Part shown: in pieces, positions 1 to 11,958 of the stretch | Position numbering within the stretch: position 1 is the stretch's first letter | How the letters are laid out: each line of letters starts with the position of its first letter | NCBI RefSeq assembly: GCF_009834535.1 | Contig: NC_045696.1 | Span: 45,138,001 to 45,202,000, forward strand | Reading direction: 5' to 3' | DNA length: 64,000 bases | Source of the DNA: Camelus ferus | Lineage: Eukaryota | The notes under the pieces: generated by a model | The model's database searches: none | What the model saw: only the letters and a program-made list of their open reading frames with translations | Told to the model about the DNA's origin: nothing | Made by a program: the position numbers and the translations under genes

Positions 1-3000
1 TCCAGACAGGCTACTGTCTGAGCAGCGGCCAGAAAAACAAGGTGGATGTTCTCTGCTCTGCTCCCCATTACTCTGCTCCCCCTGTACTTTGTACAGGTCT
101 GCACTACAGCCCTTTCCAGACTACTGGCAATCATCCATTCATATGCCTGGCTCTGGTGCTGGTCTCTGAGTTCCTTGACAAGTCAAAGGCAAAGTTATAG
201 CTTGCCCAGCTTTGCAGCCCCAGTAATAAGCACTTAGTAGGAACACAATACATCCTCAATAAATGTTTAGATGTTTAAGAACCTCCATCTCTCCAATGAC
301 TCAGGAATAGACTTTACATTCTAGAGTGTATTTGAACCTTGCTATGTATTCAGGAGTAACAGTTCTGCTTCTATACTGAATAGGCATCCACTGGCTTGAA
401 GAGTTTGGAGTCAGCTGTTGATGGATGGAGCCAGGACTAGAAATATATCTAAATGAGATGCTCCAGTTTATGCTCCTATTCTTTCTCTCAATAGATGTAT
501 TAAACTAACTCCTTGCCACTAATGTTTTCTTAAAAAACACTTTACATCTTACAAGGAACACAACTGAGCAATTACTCCCTCCTACTCTCAGTGACCTTGT
601 ACAGAAAGCCTAACCTCTGAAAATGCAACAGTTAGCTGGAACTGGAATCTCAGTTGACTATTTAAAATTCTAGAGGCCAGGGAATGGTGAAACTACATAC
701 TTACTAGATAGTTCCCTTATGGTCTAAGACTACTTCATATTCCCTGTGAGATAAGTTATTTTACTTTGCAGGTAGCTGAGACACACTGTACCTGTTCTCA
801 GATTTACTCTTTAAGATCTGATCTTGTTGAAGAGGCTTCATAAAGAAAACATGCTAAATACCTACCCCTGCCTTTTACATAACTGTCAGTTAGATTTGAA
901 AGCTACTATCTTCTGTTATTCACAAGCTAAACTCACACTATGGCAGTTATTTTACAAAACAGTTAGGTAATGTGTCAAGGGATTAGCTTTTGGACTAATA
1001 ATAAAGTTCCTGATGTAATCACCGGGACAGTGTTGATATTATGAACCACTTCCTTCAACACTGACAAAGAAGAAAAGATAAACACATGTGGGAGATGCTT
1101 CTGCATTACACCACTGAATGAAACATATTTCCAATTTGTAATTATCAATGCCTTTTTATTACTGTGAGACAGGGTAGCAATAAACATACTGGACTCTTTT
1201 ATAATGATTTATATAATTTCCCTCTACAAAGCGCACGGATGCATCCATAAATGAACACAAAGATCTTCATTCCTGACAAATAATGAAGACAAATAGGGAA
1301 ATTCACACAATGCACCTCTGCCAACATGCATACCCGCATTCCACTAAGTATAGACTTTAGATAATCTATTTCCTCGTGAGTCAAGTTTCTCAACTGGAGA
1401 GGCTAAACCCAAACCCACAAAAGGGTTAATAAAACAAACAATGGCAGAAGCTTAACTATCAAATGACCATCTATTTTACCATAACCCACAGTGAAATCAT
1501 TAAAAGTAGATAAAACTTAGGTTACAATCAGTTACAGACCGAAATTACACACACAATTTTTCATGTTTCAAAATTAATGACTCTAGATTAACTACAGTTT
1601 ACCACTTCCTTATATAAATCTTTTTCATTTGATGTTCATTTGATTCACTCATCATTGTACAAATTCTGACCACTCAGAGAAAGGGCTGTGGAGGGAGGAG
1701 CAGCTCCCTGGTAGAATCTGATCCATTTTTTGCCCACTCATATAACAGATAAGTTAAACAAAAACCTTGAATTCCTTCTCTTATGCCCAACTAATGATTT
1801 CAGCATGAAAGTGACCTTAAATTGCACACTCCTTAGAAAAGCAAAGACAGCTAGTATTGAGCCTGCCAAATATATACAATTTTTCCAACTGCATGCTCCT
1901 CATCCTTAAGGATCCAACACTAAAATCAAAACCTGACCTCAAGCAGCAAGTTGCAATGTTCTGATCCTATGACATCATTCTGTCTGGAGCACTTGAATAT
2001 CACAATTCGAATAAATTGGCAGAAGCTTAAACAGGTCACACTGAAGCCCAAAACTAAGGATGTTTATCTGACAAAAACTGTCTGGCTCTGCATTCAGCAC
2101 CAAGTGGCCATAGAATGACAGGCCTGTTGTTCATCCACCTATCTGTACTTTCCATAAGGATAAATGAAAACAAAGCAAATCCCATCCCCTTCCTGTATTG
2201 CTAATACCACTGACAGTGGTTTTTTTGTGGCAAATATTTGTACACAATTACAAAGCAAAGTAAATGTGACTTCATGTCTTGAGTACATCTCTACAAAGGA
2301 ATTATTTTTTTAAACCTCCATTTCTGCAGTTAGAACGATATCAAGAGTCCTGCATCAACTTAATTTATAATTAGCCCCAAAGAGCTATGAAATAAAACCA
2401 TCAGGTGTTACAACCCTTTACCCATATACAGGGGACAGCACTACTGCCTCAAAAGCAAAACTATTAATTCTGCACAGCAGCAAGCTACGCCTTAATTACA
2501 TTTATTTCATAACCCTACTGAGTAAGACAGGACACTGACAACTAAACTCTTCTCAGCAGACCCCTGTAAAGTATTCAGGTTGCCTAGGCTTCTTTGGGTA
2601 CTGACATCCAGCTCAATTTCTTCTTGTAAAATTTCAGTTCATCTGAAAGCAACATGCAGAAACCACAGAGGTTTCTGATACTCTCAGTCCCACCACCTCC
2701 ATCATAGATTTTCCTTTCACAATAAACAATGTGCAATCAAAAAGGTTTCCTGTTTCAAAATGGAATAGATGAAAAAAACTAACTCTACCATTAACAGCAA
2801 CAAAAAAGTTTCTTAATGAAGATGAATTCTCAAAGATGAAAATGGAATGGAAACTCTCTCAAATACTGCTTCCTCACTTAAGGACTAATCTGGTTTTTTC
2901 CCCGGTGAACATTCTCACCTTCAGCATCACACTTTGCAGCCGTCATGAGTGATCCATCAGAGACTTTTCTTACATTACTTGTTTGTAATTTTTTGTTATC

Positions 3001-3348
3001 AAACAGCAACACAACCTTACATAAGGTGTAACAAGAACATCCAAACTATTCTATGGCTGTGCACCCACAAAAAGCAGCCAATAGTAAACACTTTGCATAT
3101 CTGAGTCATAGAGGAACTCTGAACCTTGAAGAGTAGGACAAAAGAGTAAAAAAAAAGACAAGTCTTTTGCTCTGAATCCAACTTTTCAAAACACCCAAGA
3201 GTGGATGTAAGAAAAATGGTTGATCCAAGGCAAAAGACTGTTGCTGTAACAATAATTATTATTAATTAACAATACAAATAAAACTGGAGAAACCATATTG
3301 AGGTGAACTGTGCTGTGTACAATACAAGCATCATCAGAAACAACTTAC
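1..3348 (-). other. CBLB: CBLB intron following the first coding exon (partial)
   Basis: Starts with GTAAGT at 3348; no further Cbl-b coding sequence is recognisable down to position 1. Confidence 0.9.
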
Positions 3349-3516
3349 CACTTTGTCCATGAGTTTCCAAGTTTTCTCCACAGTCCTGCGATCTGCTGCT
3401 GCTTGCTTAGGGGGTCCAACTGCATCTTGAATGGCATCAATAATACCCAGAATTCGTCCTTTTCGGGGGTTTCCTCCTCGACCACCAGGGTTTCTGCCAT
3501 TCATAGAATTTGCCAT
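3349..3516 (-). CDS. CBLB: Cbl-b E3 ubiquitin ligase, first coding exon (codons 1-56); gene continues beyond window start
   Basis: Translates to [56 protein letters not shown], the Cbl-b N-terminus/start of the TKB 4H domain. ATG at 3516. Phase-0 donor GTG|GTAAGT after 3349. 168 nt. Confidence 0.97.
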
Positions 3517-3530
3517 CTGGAGTCTTTGTT
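3517..3530 (-). other. CBLB: 5' UTR portion of CBLB first coding exon (exon = 3349-3530)
   Basis: Acceptor ctttcaaag|AACAAAGACTCCAG-ATG, preceded by a long polypyrimidine tract (~3535-3592) and a CTAAC branch-point motif (3593-3597). Confidence 0.85.
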
Positions 3531-4741
3531 CTTTGAAAGGGAGATTAAAAAAACAAAGAAAGAAAGAATGAAAGAAAAAGAAAGAAACAGAAGTTAGTTG
3601 GTCATGAAAATATTTACCCAACAGAAAACAGGTTAACTTGTAGCCACTACCTACTTCTCCATCAATGAGAACAAAATCCAGGGTCCCAGATTTAACTTTT
3701 CAATAGCGTGTGACTTTGCACTCTCAATCGTACACACAACAAACAGGTGTAGGAGCAAAGACTTCAGATTTGTTTTTGGAACACTAAGAGTTTTAAAAAT
3801 GCATCCTTCTCAACACTGCAAGTAGCGAAGGCTTGATTAGTACCCAACTCATAATCACAACAACAAACTCGTATAGATTTTCTCCAACTAGAAAAGAACA
3901 CAATGTTTCTTCCCCTTCCTGCCTTAATCTCAATTCAAAAGACTAGAACAGAAGCCCCTAGAAAACATTTTGGGAGCCTCACTCAAAAACTGCACTTTCA
4001 CTGTTAGATATGGCTAAGTCATATTAACGTACAGATTATTCTACACGAGCATAAGGGGCACATCTGTTGTCAACAAAGGCTTAGGATTTGGATTTTCCCC
4101 GCTAAAACCACCAAGTACGGACATGTGAACATGAACACACGAACACACAGTTCTTAAATCAACGCGGGTGAGGAGTTGCCCCCAAGTTAAGAGCCAAATA
4201 AACCAACAAATAACCCATTTTAAGAGAGTGAGAAACTGACAAGAGCGGGTATAGAAAGGAGGAGAGTTCACTTCTTTAGCTCCTTGCCTCTCCTCTCACC
4301 CAAGTTGGGTGGGGGTAGGGGGTCCAAAGCTTTGTTTCGGGACATCTGTGCCTCCTCCCTGCTCGGGTCCCTCCCCTGCCACTCTCGGACCTCAGCTGGG
4401 GGAGGAAGGTGGACAGAGAAAGGACAAAGTATCCCCTCGCGCCTCCAACGCCCGCAGCCCCGACCGTCTCAGGCGCTCCGCCTTCGGCTCCCGGGCAGAC
4501 GCGCCTCTCGGGCTTGCCTACAATCCCAGCCGCCCGTCTCCCTCCACTCCCTCTTCCTCCTCCCCCGGCCCTGCCCGGCTTCGGGCTTTAAATACCCCTC
4601 TTCAAACTGTGACCGCGGCGGCAACGGCAGCTGGAAGCCGGGGCTGTCCCCTCTTCTTCCGTGGTCCGCGCCCGGCTGCCCCAGGGCCCCCTGGCCGGAA
4701 AGCAGCGTCGAGCCTCCCCTGGCGCCCCTTTCCCTCCTGGC

Positions 4742-5058
4742 CTCCCGGCGCCGGAGCTGCCCAGGGACACGCGTGTGCACGGGTCCGGCTCTACACGCAC
4801 GAGCCCAGGGTGCGTGGGTAGCCAGGGGCAGGGAGTGTGTAATTGCCGTAAAAAAGCCCGCTCCCGAGGAAGGAGCTACCCAGAGCGCCGGCCACCGAGA
4901 CGGGGAAACGCAGCAATTACCGTCAAGCCCAATCCACGCCTGCTCTCCCCTCCCGCCCGACTCTAGGGGAGGCCGCGGGACGCCGCAGCAGCTCCAGCTG
5001 GAGGAGGAGACCACTCGCTGACGCCCCACCCCTGTAGCAGACACACACAGAGACCCAG
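4742..5058 (-). other. CBLB: Probable main non-coding exon 1 of CBLB (boundaries approximate)
   Basis: Minus strand CTGGGTC...ACAGGGGTGGGG...CTTGACGGTAATTG...GCACACGCGTGTC...CGGCGCCGGGAG closely resembles the human CBLB 5' UTR as I recall it. It has no ATG and lies just downstream of the GC/CCAAT boxes. Confidence 0.65.
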
Positions 5059-5281
5059 GCGCGGGGCGGGGCGGGGGTGGGGCCGCGCGCGACTGGGCCA
5101 ATCCCGCGCACCCGGGCCCTGCCCGACAGCGGGCGGCGCCAATGGGTGGGAGGCGCCCGTCCCACCCGCACCACCACCCCGTCCACGTCTTCCACAGTAC
5201 ACAATGGCCCCAGAGGAAGGCCGCTCGCCGCACGTCCCAAATGGCAAGGGATTCGGAGGGAAACGCGGGGACTGGACTCAC

Positions 5282-5430
5282 CCGAGAACGAAAGTGGAAA
5301 AGAGAAAGGAAATGGAAGAAAGGATGCAAGGCACTAGGGAACTGACCAATAAGGAGTAGGCGGGTGGGCGTGAGCGTTGGGAGCCCGGGCCAAAGCCGAC
5401 TCCGGCTAAAAGGCGGGACTTCCTGCTTCA
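5282..5430 (-). other. CBLB: Candidate upstream alternative first exon of CBLB
   Basis: Strong consensus donor CGG|GTGAGT (GT at 5281-5280) inside the CpG island; the 5' end is inferred. Confidence 0.4.
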
Positions 5431-7717
5431 CTCGCCTTCCTAGTCTTTTGTCTCATAGCAACAGAGTAGTGGCTGGGAGGGTGTTGCTTCTTCACTCTGG
5501 GCGGGTCCCAGACTGAAGAATTTCATCTCCCTAGGGCTGCCAAACTCTTCTACCCAGGACAGCAGCCAAACAGGTCTAAGGCCTTGCTTCTTGTGGGCTA
5601 TCAAAAAAGAGCAGCAATCACCCAGCTTCTCAGATGAAGTATAAACCTTTCATGGAAGAGACTAGGGTTAACCCCTGATTGCCAACCAAAACTTCCTGAA
5701 TCTCTGAGGGTCTCCCTTTTACTGTTCTAGAGGATTTGCTTCTCAAACATCAGGATGATGAAAAAGTAGACAGTTGACAACGCTGGCCAAATCGTATCTA
5801 CGGATTATGCCAGAGCAATAAAAGAACCAGACCATGGGAATTGCTAATTCATACATTGCACCTTTTTATTTAGTGGAAGATAATGTATAAATGACTGAAG
5901 AGAAAACAGCTTTCGTATTTTGTCTGAGTCACCTTTACTTTGTATCTGCCATTCTCTCCCAGCATTTGTAATCTCTCTGTGGCCTCATCCCTATGCCTTT
6001 AGAAAGGCCCACATCCGGCTATTCTTTAAAGTAGAAGGCTCTGTACCAGGACCCTTCTTTCAACAAGGTTATAGAAAAAACAAATGCTGTCTATTTCTTT
6101 ATGTTTCACTCTAGTCCTACCACAGGTGCTACTAACAACTGCTGTGGATTGTCATGCTTTGGAATTTTCTTTTCACTACAGTTGGTAGTGCTGAATACAC
6201 TTTACACTTCGGGTGTCTCGGGTGTTGTGATATTTTTTGTCTGAAAAAATTTTTTTTTATCTCTCTAACCAGTTGACCTGCTAAAATGTTTCTCAATGGT
6301 TCTAACTACTTTCTAGATAAAGAACCATTTAGTACTGTGATCATTACTGTCAAGGATCCTGAGTTGTTATAAACATTCTTTACAGCCCTAAATTCAGACA
6401 GTTAAGATTTTCATTTGATTAAACAAGCGAAAATGTGCTCTTTGCAACCATTCAGGCAATAAAATGTGCTTCAGGAAGAAATTTTGTTTCTTTGCCATTA
6501 TTTCTATGCCAATAATTATAAAGCAGTTCCCTGTTTTCACATTGTGTTTATCTACAAAAGTACTGGCCTCTCCGTATCTCTTCCACCCATGCATATCTCC
6601 TTTACTCATAGTAACAGTAGCTAAATTTACTACAAGGAGACTGCAAAAGGGAAAAAACTTACTGGGTCACCTTTTAAATAAACCCAAGAAGAATATATGT
6701 ATACAAGGTTTTTCAGCATGTAGGAAAAGAGTGGCTTAAGAGAACACTGTAACTAAGTACATTACTCATATTCATATCTAGATTAATGTAGAGTAAGAAA
6801 AATACATGTTACAGCATGTGGCATTCCTTTGACATTAGTTTTGCAACTGAAAGAGATGACAAAAAATAGCACTGCCTAGGGTATCAAGCATGTCATATTG
6901 ACACAAATTACAAGTTTTGTGGGATACGGTAATACATAAATGGATAGATATACACACATATATAATACACACACACACAACATAGATATATTTACAATGT
7001 CAAGAAATTGCAGCTTCATTCTCAACTAGGTATTTTATCAACACCATCTTGAGTCCAAGTTGAGTTCTGGTGTAGTAGGAGTCCCATTTGAGCCCAAACT
7101 AGGATTCAGGATTTGGTTATGTCTGATAAACTGATGGGGTGGTAGCCTTCCCTGCAAACGATTAACATGAGTTAATGAACGTGGAAGAATAAAGGCCTGT
7201 TGGGATGAAACTTCATACTCCAGATGCCTCCAGTGAAGACACAAGTGACAGAACATGACCGAGGAATGCAGGCTAGAGCTATAAATAAGTGCATAAGGAG
7301 ATGTTTTTGTGGGAAACTGCGACACTCAGCATAAGCAGTAGTACTTCAAGGTGACAGGATTGGCTAGAAAAATATTCTCCTCATTTCTACGTAGAACAAG
7401 TCAATCTTCAACATGGTGCAGTTTAACGTGAATGCAGTATCCTTTGGCAGCATGGGGATTTGTAACCTAGAGAGAGAATTTGGGTATGGCATCTTTACAG
7501 GAGAGGAGTGTTTTCCTGGAAGACCCCAGCATGAGAGAAAACACTGAGACTCCTAACAAAGAGTCTTCCAAGCACCGTAACAGCCAGTAGGTGAATAATA
7601 TGAACAAACTGATTATAAGTACCTGTGAGACCCTTCCCTCATGCAGATTATAATCCTGTCTTTAAACACAAGAAAAACCTTTTTTTTAAAAAAAATAAGG
7701 CAATTATTTAGGCAAAT

Positions 7718-7866
7718 GTGGTATATATCCATCCATCTGTTGATGGACACTTAGGTTTCTTCCATACCTTGGCAATTGTGAATAATTCTGCTATGTACAC
7801 TAGGGTGCATGTATCTTTTCAAATTAGTGCTTTTGGAGGGGATATATACCCAGAAGTGGAATTACT
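7718..7866 (-). mobile_element. L1 fragment (ORF2 3' region)
   Basis: catccatctgttgatggacacttaggtttcttccataccttggcaattgtgaataat...cccagaagtggaatt is typical antisense L1. Confidence 0.85.
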
Positions 7867-8119
7867 AAATAAACTGAATGAAATAAGTCTAAATATTTGC
7901 CCAAACAAAAACACTAATCTCCCAGGGAGGATGTGGACACACATTCACAGGTTAGGGAGAAATATGAGGATCATTATCTAGTCATATTTGTGTCTAACAA
8001 GTTGTCCGTTGTAAGGGTTACAGATTTCCATCTTTCCTTAACAACACATACCAACAGCTGACAGTGAGGGATGTTGATCTACGGATTCATAAGACATAAT
8101 CAGAATCTGAGTACTAGTT

Positions 8120-8648
8120 TGGGCTCAACTGGGATTCTTGCTTAACCACAACAACAACTAATAACAATGACTTAAACAAGATAAGATCTTTCTTCCACAC
8201 ATAGAAAAAGTCTGAAAGTAGAAATCACAGGTAAGAATGGTGGCTCGTCAATTCTTTTTAAGGGCCCAAGTTCCTATCCTTCCTTTGTATCATCCCAGCA
8301 CCTGCTTCTTACCCTCAAAATCACCTTATGTTCTAAATGGCTGTTGGTGCTCCAGCTATCACCAATTGTTTTCAGGTTAAAAGCTAAGAGGAAAAGTGCA
8401 AGGGTATATCAAATTTCCACCTGAATCAATTTCCTTTAATCAATTTTCAGAGAACTCCCACAAATATTTCTCTTTAATAGCTCAAGGCCAGAACTCAGTC
8501 CCATGACCAAATTTAGCTGCTAAAATGTCTGGAAGGCAATGTGATTTTTATTATAGGAAGCAATATAACCAGCTAATTATTTGAGTTTTGTTTCTAAAGA
8601 GAAAGAGGTGAATAGATTCTTGGCAAGAAACCAGCAAATACTACCACA
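8120..8648. mobile_element. MaLR solo LTR (MLT1K/L-like)
   Basis: Motifs gacttaaacaagata, aaatggctgttggtgctccagctatcac, ggccagaactcagtcccatgacc; ends ctaccaca. Confidence 0.7.
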
Positions 8649-10049
8649 AACGTCTTGTTCAAGAATTAAACTTATGATTAATGAATCAGTTCTGGGAACA
8701 AAAACTAGCGATTGCAGGTGGTGTGAGATAATAAAAATTTGAGATACCAGATACCAGACAACATATATATGTTACAGATATATGATATTTATATATATGA
8801 GATACATAGGAGATATATTTTTATATGTGAGATATATTTCATATATACCTGAAATAGATAGGTAGGTAGGTAGGTAGGTAGATAGATGGATTCCTTAGAA
8901 GAAACCAGCCTCTGCTATTTGCTATTACTGGGCATGACTATCATTAAAATTTCTTGTATGTAAATAAATACAGTAAATTATATACAGTTCTCATTATAGC
9001 ATGCGAGCTCAGTAACCCTGAAGAATTTCAATATTACAGGGTGCACAATGGGCAAAATTAAGTAAACAGCTCCTTTGATACATTTCCATCTTCAAGTTCA
9101 TATCAGATTTCAGATTAAATAGTTACATGTCTGGGAAAAAAATAACATCTTCAAAATCACTTCTTTGTGATTTTCTTTCCTAGGCAATTTATTCCCAGAT
9201 CAATTCTTTTCTAGACAGTGATTTATTTGACAGTTGTTCTTTGTAATAAAATGGATTTATAAAAAAGTGTTAAGTATAGCTACTTCAAAACTTGGAATAA
9301 GCCTACTACTTTGTCTCAGTTTTGTATTCTTTTATATCCCTATTGCATTCTTTTTATTTCACAGTATATTTTCCATATTTCCTAACGTGCCTTGATTCAG
9401 AAAAATATAGATAAATTTCTTTCTCTAAAGAGTTTGTGTGAAGAATGTAAAATGTGATAAAATTTGTCATATTAATTTATCTACAGTTCCTATGCATTTT
9501 GATTCATGCTACATTAATACAACACTGAACTTTAATTTTTAAATTAAACAAAATATAAATTCAGAATTTCAAGGCTGAGGGGGATCTCCATACTTATCAT
9601 ATAACTTAGTTTGGCAAATCTGGATATTGGCAAATTTATCCAGGATGATTGGGCCCTAAAAAATACAGACAATATACTCAAATTCACGGGAGATTAATGT
9701 GTGGTACAAAAACTATGTTAATTGTGCACGAAATATAACTGCTAATCAGATCAGTATTCATATAGACCACTTATATACTCATTTTTCTTCTCAAGAATCC
9801 AAATTAAGACCAAAAAGTTCCAAAATGAATGTATAAATCAGAAGCAATTTACCTGCAGGAGAAACTCAAATAATGTCAATAAAGATCTAATATATTCCAA
9901 ACCTACAGAAAGTCTTCTCTATTGGTTTCACAGTTTCCCATTCTCAACGTATGAAAATGATCCTTTTTTATTTTAAATCTCTTGATTGTTTCAGGACACA
10001 ACATATATTAGGCATTCATCTTTATAATTATCAGCTATGACTTCTAACT

Positions 10050-10690
10050 GCTCATTCACTCATTTATTCAACAAACCTTTTTTGAGCATCTAATATATGC
10101 CAACCATTATGCTAGACACCAGGGAATACAAAGATACCTAAGCACTGGTCATTGTTTCCAAAGAAAAAGCAGGCATATAAAAGATCATTATAGACTCAAG
10201 TGGTAAAAGCAGTAATTTCTTTAGGCAGAGATCATTACGAGAAACTGAGGAAAGGCACTTATTCCAGCTATGAAAAAGTGATTACAAAGCTGTGACTTAT
10301 AATTAGGATTAACAGTTAAAAAGGAAAGGGTCATCCTAGTCAGAGAAGATCTCATGAGCAAGGGCATAAAAGACAGAAAACAAACATGGATGTACAGGGA
10401 ATGGGTGAGTCCCTTTTGTGGAAAGCACAGAAAGGTAAATAAAAGGCAGAAAGGGGAGCCACTAAAGTGTTTTAAACTAGGGGAGACTGTATTGGATAGA
10501 AGAGCAAGGGAAATGGTACTGTACTGTATATTTTCAAATGTTCACCCTGATGGTCAGATTGATAATAGACTGGAGAGGGATGAGACTGAAGGCACAGTGG
10601 CCACTTAGGACATGTGCAATAGGTAATGATCATGACCTAACATGAGGCAGTGGTACTGGAAATAAAAAACAAGTGAGATATTGAGAAAAG
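10050..10690 (-). mobile_element. L2 fragment
   Basis: tcattcactcatttattcaacaaa...tttgagcatctaatatatgcc L2 3' end in antisense, followed by degenerate purine-rich L2 body. Confidence 0.65.
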
Positions 10691-11349
10691 TGGTTTTCAC
10701 TCCTCTCCGCCCATTTGAAAAACAAATTTCCATTCTCCACCCCCAGAGATTCTGCGTTGATTGAGCTAGGATAGTCTTAAAGTTTCCCAAGTGATCCTAA
10801 TTAGCAACTGAGGCAGATTAGTTAATTAACCAGATTACTTAATTTTTTGTCACTGATAATTATGGAAATATGAAAAGTGCAGAAAATGGAAGAGTCAGGA
10901 ATGATGGTCAGTATTCCAGCTTTAATGACTTGACAAAACCTAGCCTCAGCAACTAGCCTAGAGAATATCAAAGGACAGTCTATTCAGGGGAAAGGGAGAA
11001 TTAATTTGGTTTTTAAAAATAAAAATTTAACGCCTTTATTGTGTAAGCAGAAGGATATTTTAATTAGATGATTGGATATATATGATCGTAAGTTTGGCAG
11101 CACTGATGAGTGAGGAATACCTGAGAGTTAGGATGCCATAAAGAGAGATTACGTGGGATAAGAGGAGCACTGAAATGAGTTGAACCCTGAGGCCAACATT
11201 CAGTGAAAAATAGAGAAAAAAGAAATTACAAAAATATAGAGGATCACAAAAGAAATTAATTGAGTGTGGCATAATGCAAACCAGATGAGTACAGTATTTC
11301 CATGGAGCAAATGACAGTTTCAAATGCAGAAGAGAGGTCCAATTAAAAG

Positions 11350-11675
11350 AAAAAAAGAAAGACAAATATCATATGATGTCACTTATAGAAAACAAACTGT
11401 GGTTACCAGGGGGAAAGGAGCACAGAGGGACACATTAGGAGTTTGGGATTAACAGGAACACATTGCTGTATATAAAACAGATAAATGACAAGGACATACT
11501 ATATAGCACAGGGAACCATATTCAATTTCTTGTAATGAATTGTAATGGAAAAGAAACTGAAAAAATATGTATGTATGTATATATGTATATGTATAATTGA
11601 ATCACTTTGCTGCACACCTGAAACTAACATTGTATATTGACCACACTTTAATGAAAATAAGAATAATTTTTTAAA
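11350..11675 (+). mobile_element. L1 3' end (5'-truncated)
   Basis: gacaaatatcatatgatgtcactta...tatagcacagggaac...gaatcactttgctgcacacctgaaactaac, then an A-rich tail. Confidence 0.9.
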
Positions 11676-11861
11676 AAATTGCAAAACATCCATTGGCATT
11701 AGCAACTGAGAGTTCATTTGTGACCATAGTGAAGAATAGATTGACAAAAATGGCAGATGAGGAACTGAAAAGTAGAGATTAGTCTATTAAGAAATCTGTA
11801 TAAGGATGTAAAAGGTAAATGAGAGAAATTTAAGCATGAGTGTATATGTTGAGAGATAAAA

Positions 11862-11958
11862 AGGAATATACATACGTATTTGTATTACTGAAACATTATG
11901 CTGTGCACTGAAAACTGACACACTGTAAACTGACGATACTTCAATAAGAAAAAAAAAG
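11862..11958 (+). mobile_element. Very short L1 3' end
   Basis: actgaaacattatgctgtgcactgaaaactgacacactgtaaactgacgatacttcaataag+poly(A); homologous to 19110-19190 and 28090-28150. Confidence 0.8.

Larger units (their letters stand above)
4330..5430. promoter_or_regulatory. CBLB: CpG island / CBLB promoter
   Basis: Abrupt GC- and CpG-rich block in AT-rich surroundings, ~0.8-1.9 kb upstream of the first coding exon. GC boxes 5063-5082, CCAAT at 4929, 5098, 5139 and 5346, ETS-like ACTTCCTG ~5418-5425. Confidence 0.92.

Noticed and set aside
3531..3621. N-terminal extension MGKYFHDQ...FFNLPFK of the CBLB ORF
   Set aside because: This is the translated intronic polypyrimidine tract upstream of the acceptor at 3530.
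4307..4322. Second G-quadruplex
   Set aside because: Only three G-runs of 3 or more.
4284..5431. Long ORFs (320, 245, 170 aa, etc.) on both strands
   Set aside because: They overlap in several frames within a GC-rich CpG island where stop codons are scarce, are Pro/Arg/Gly/Ala-rich, and show no recognisable domain.
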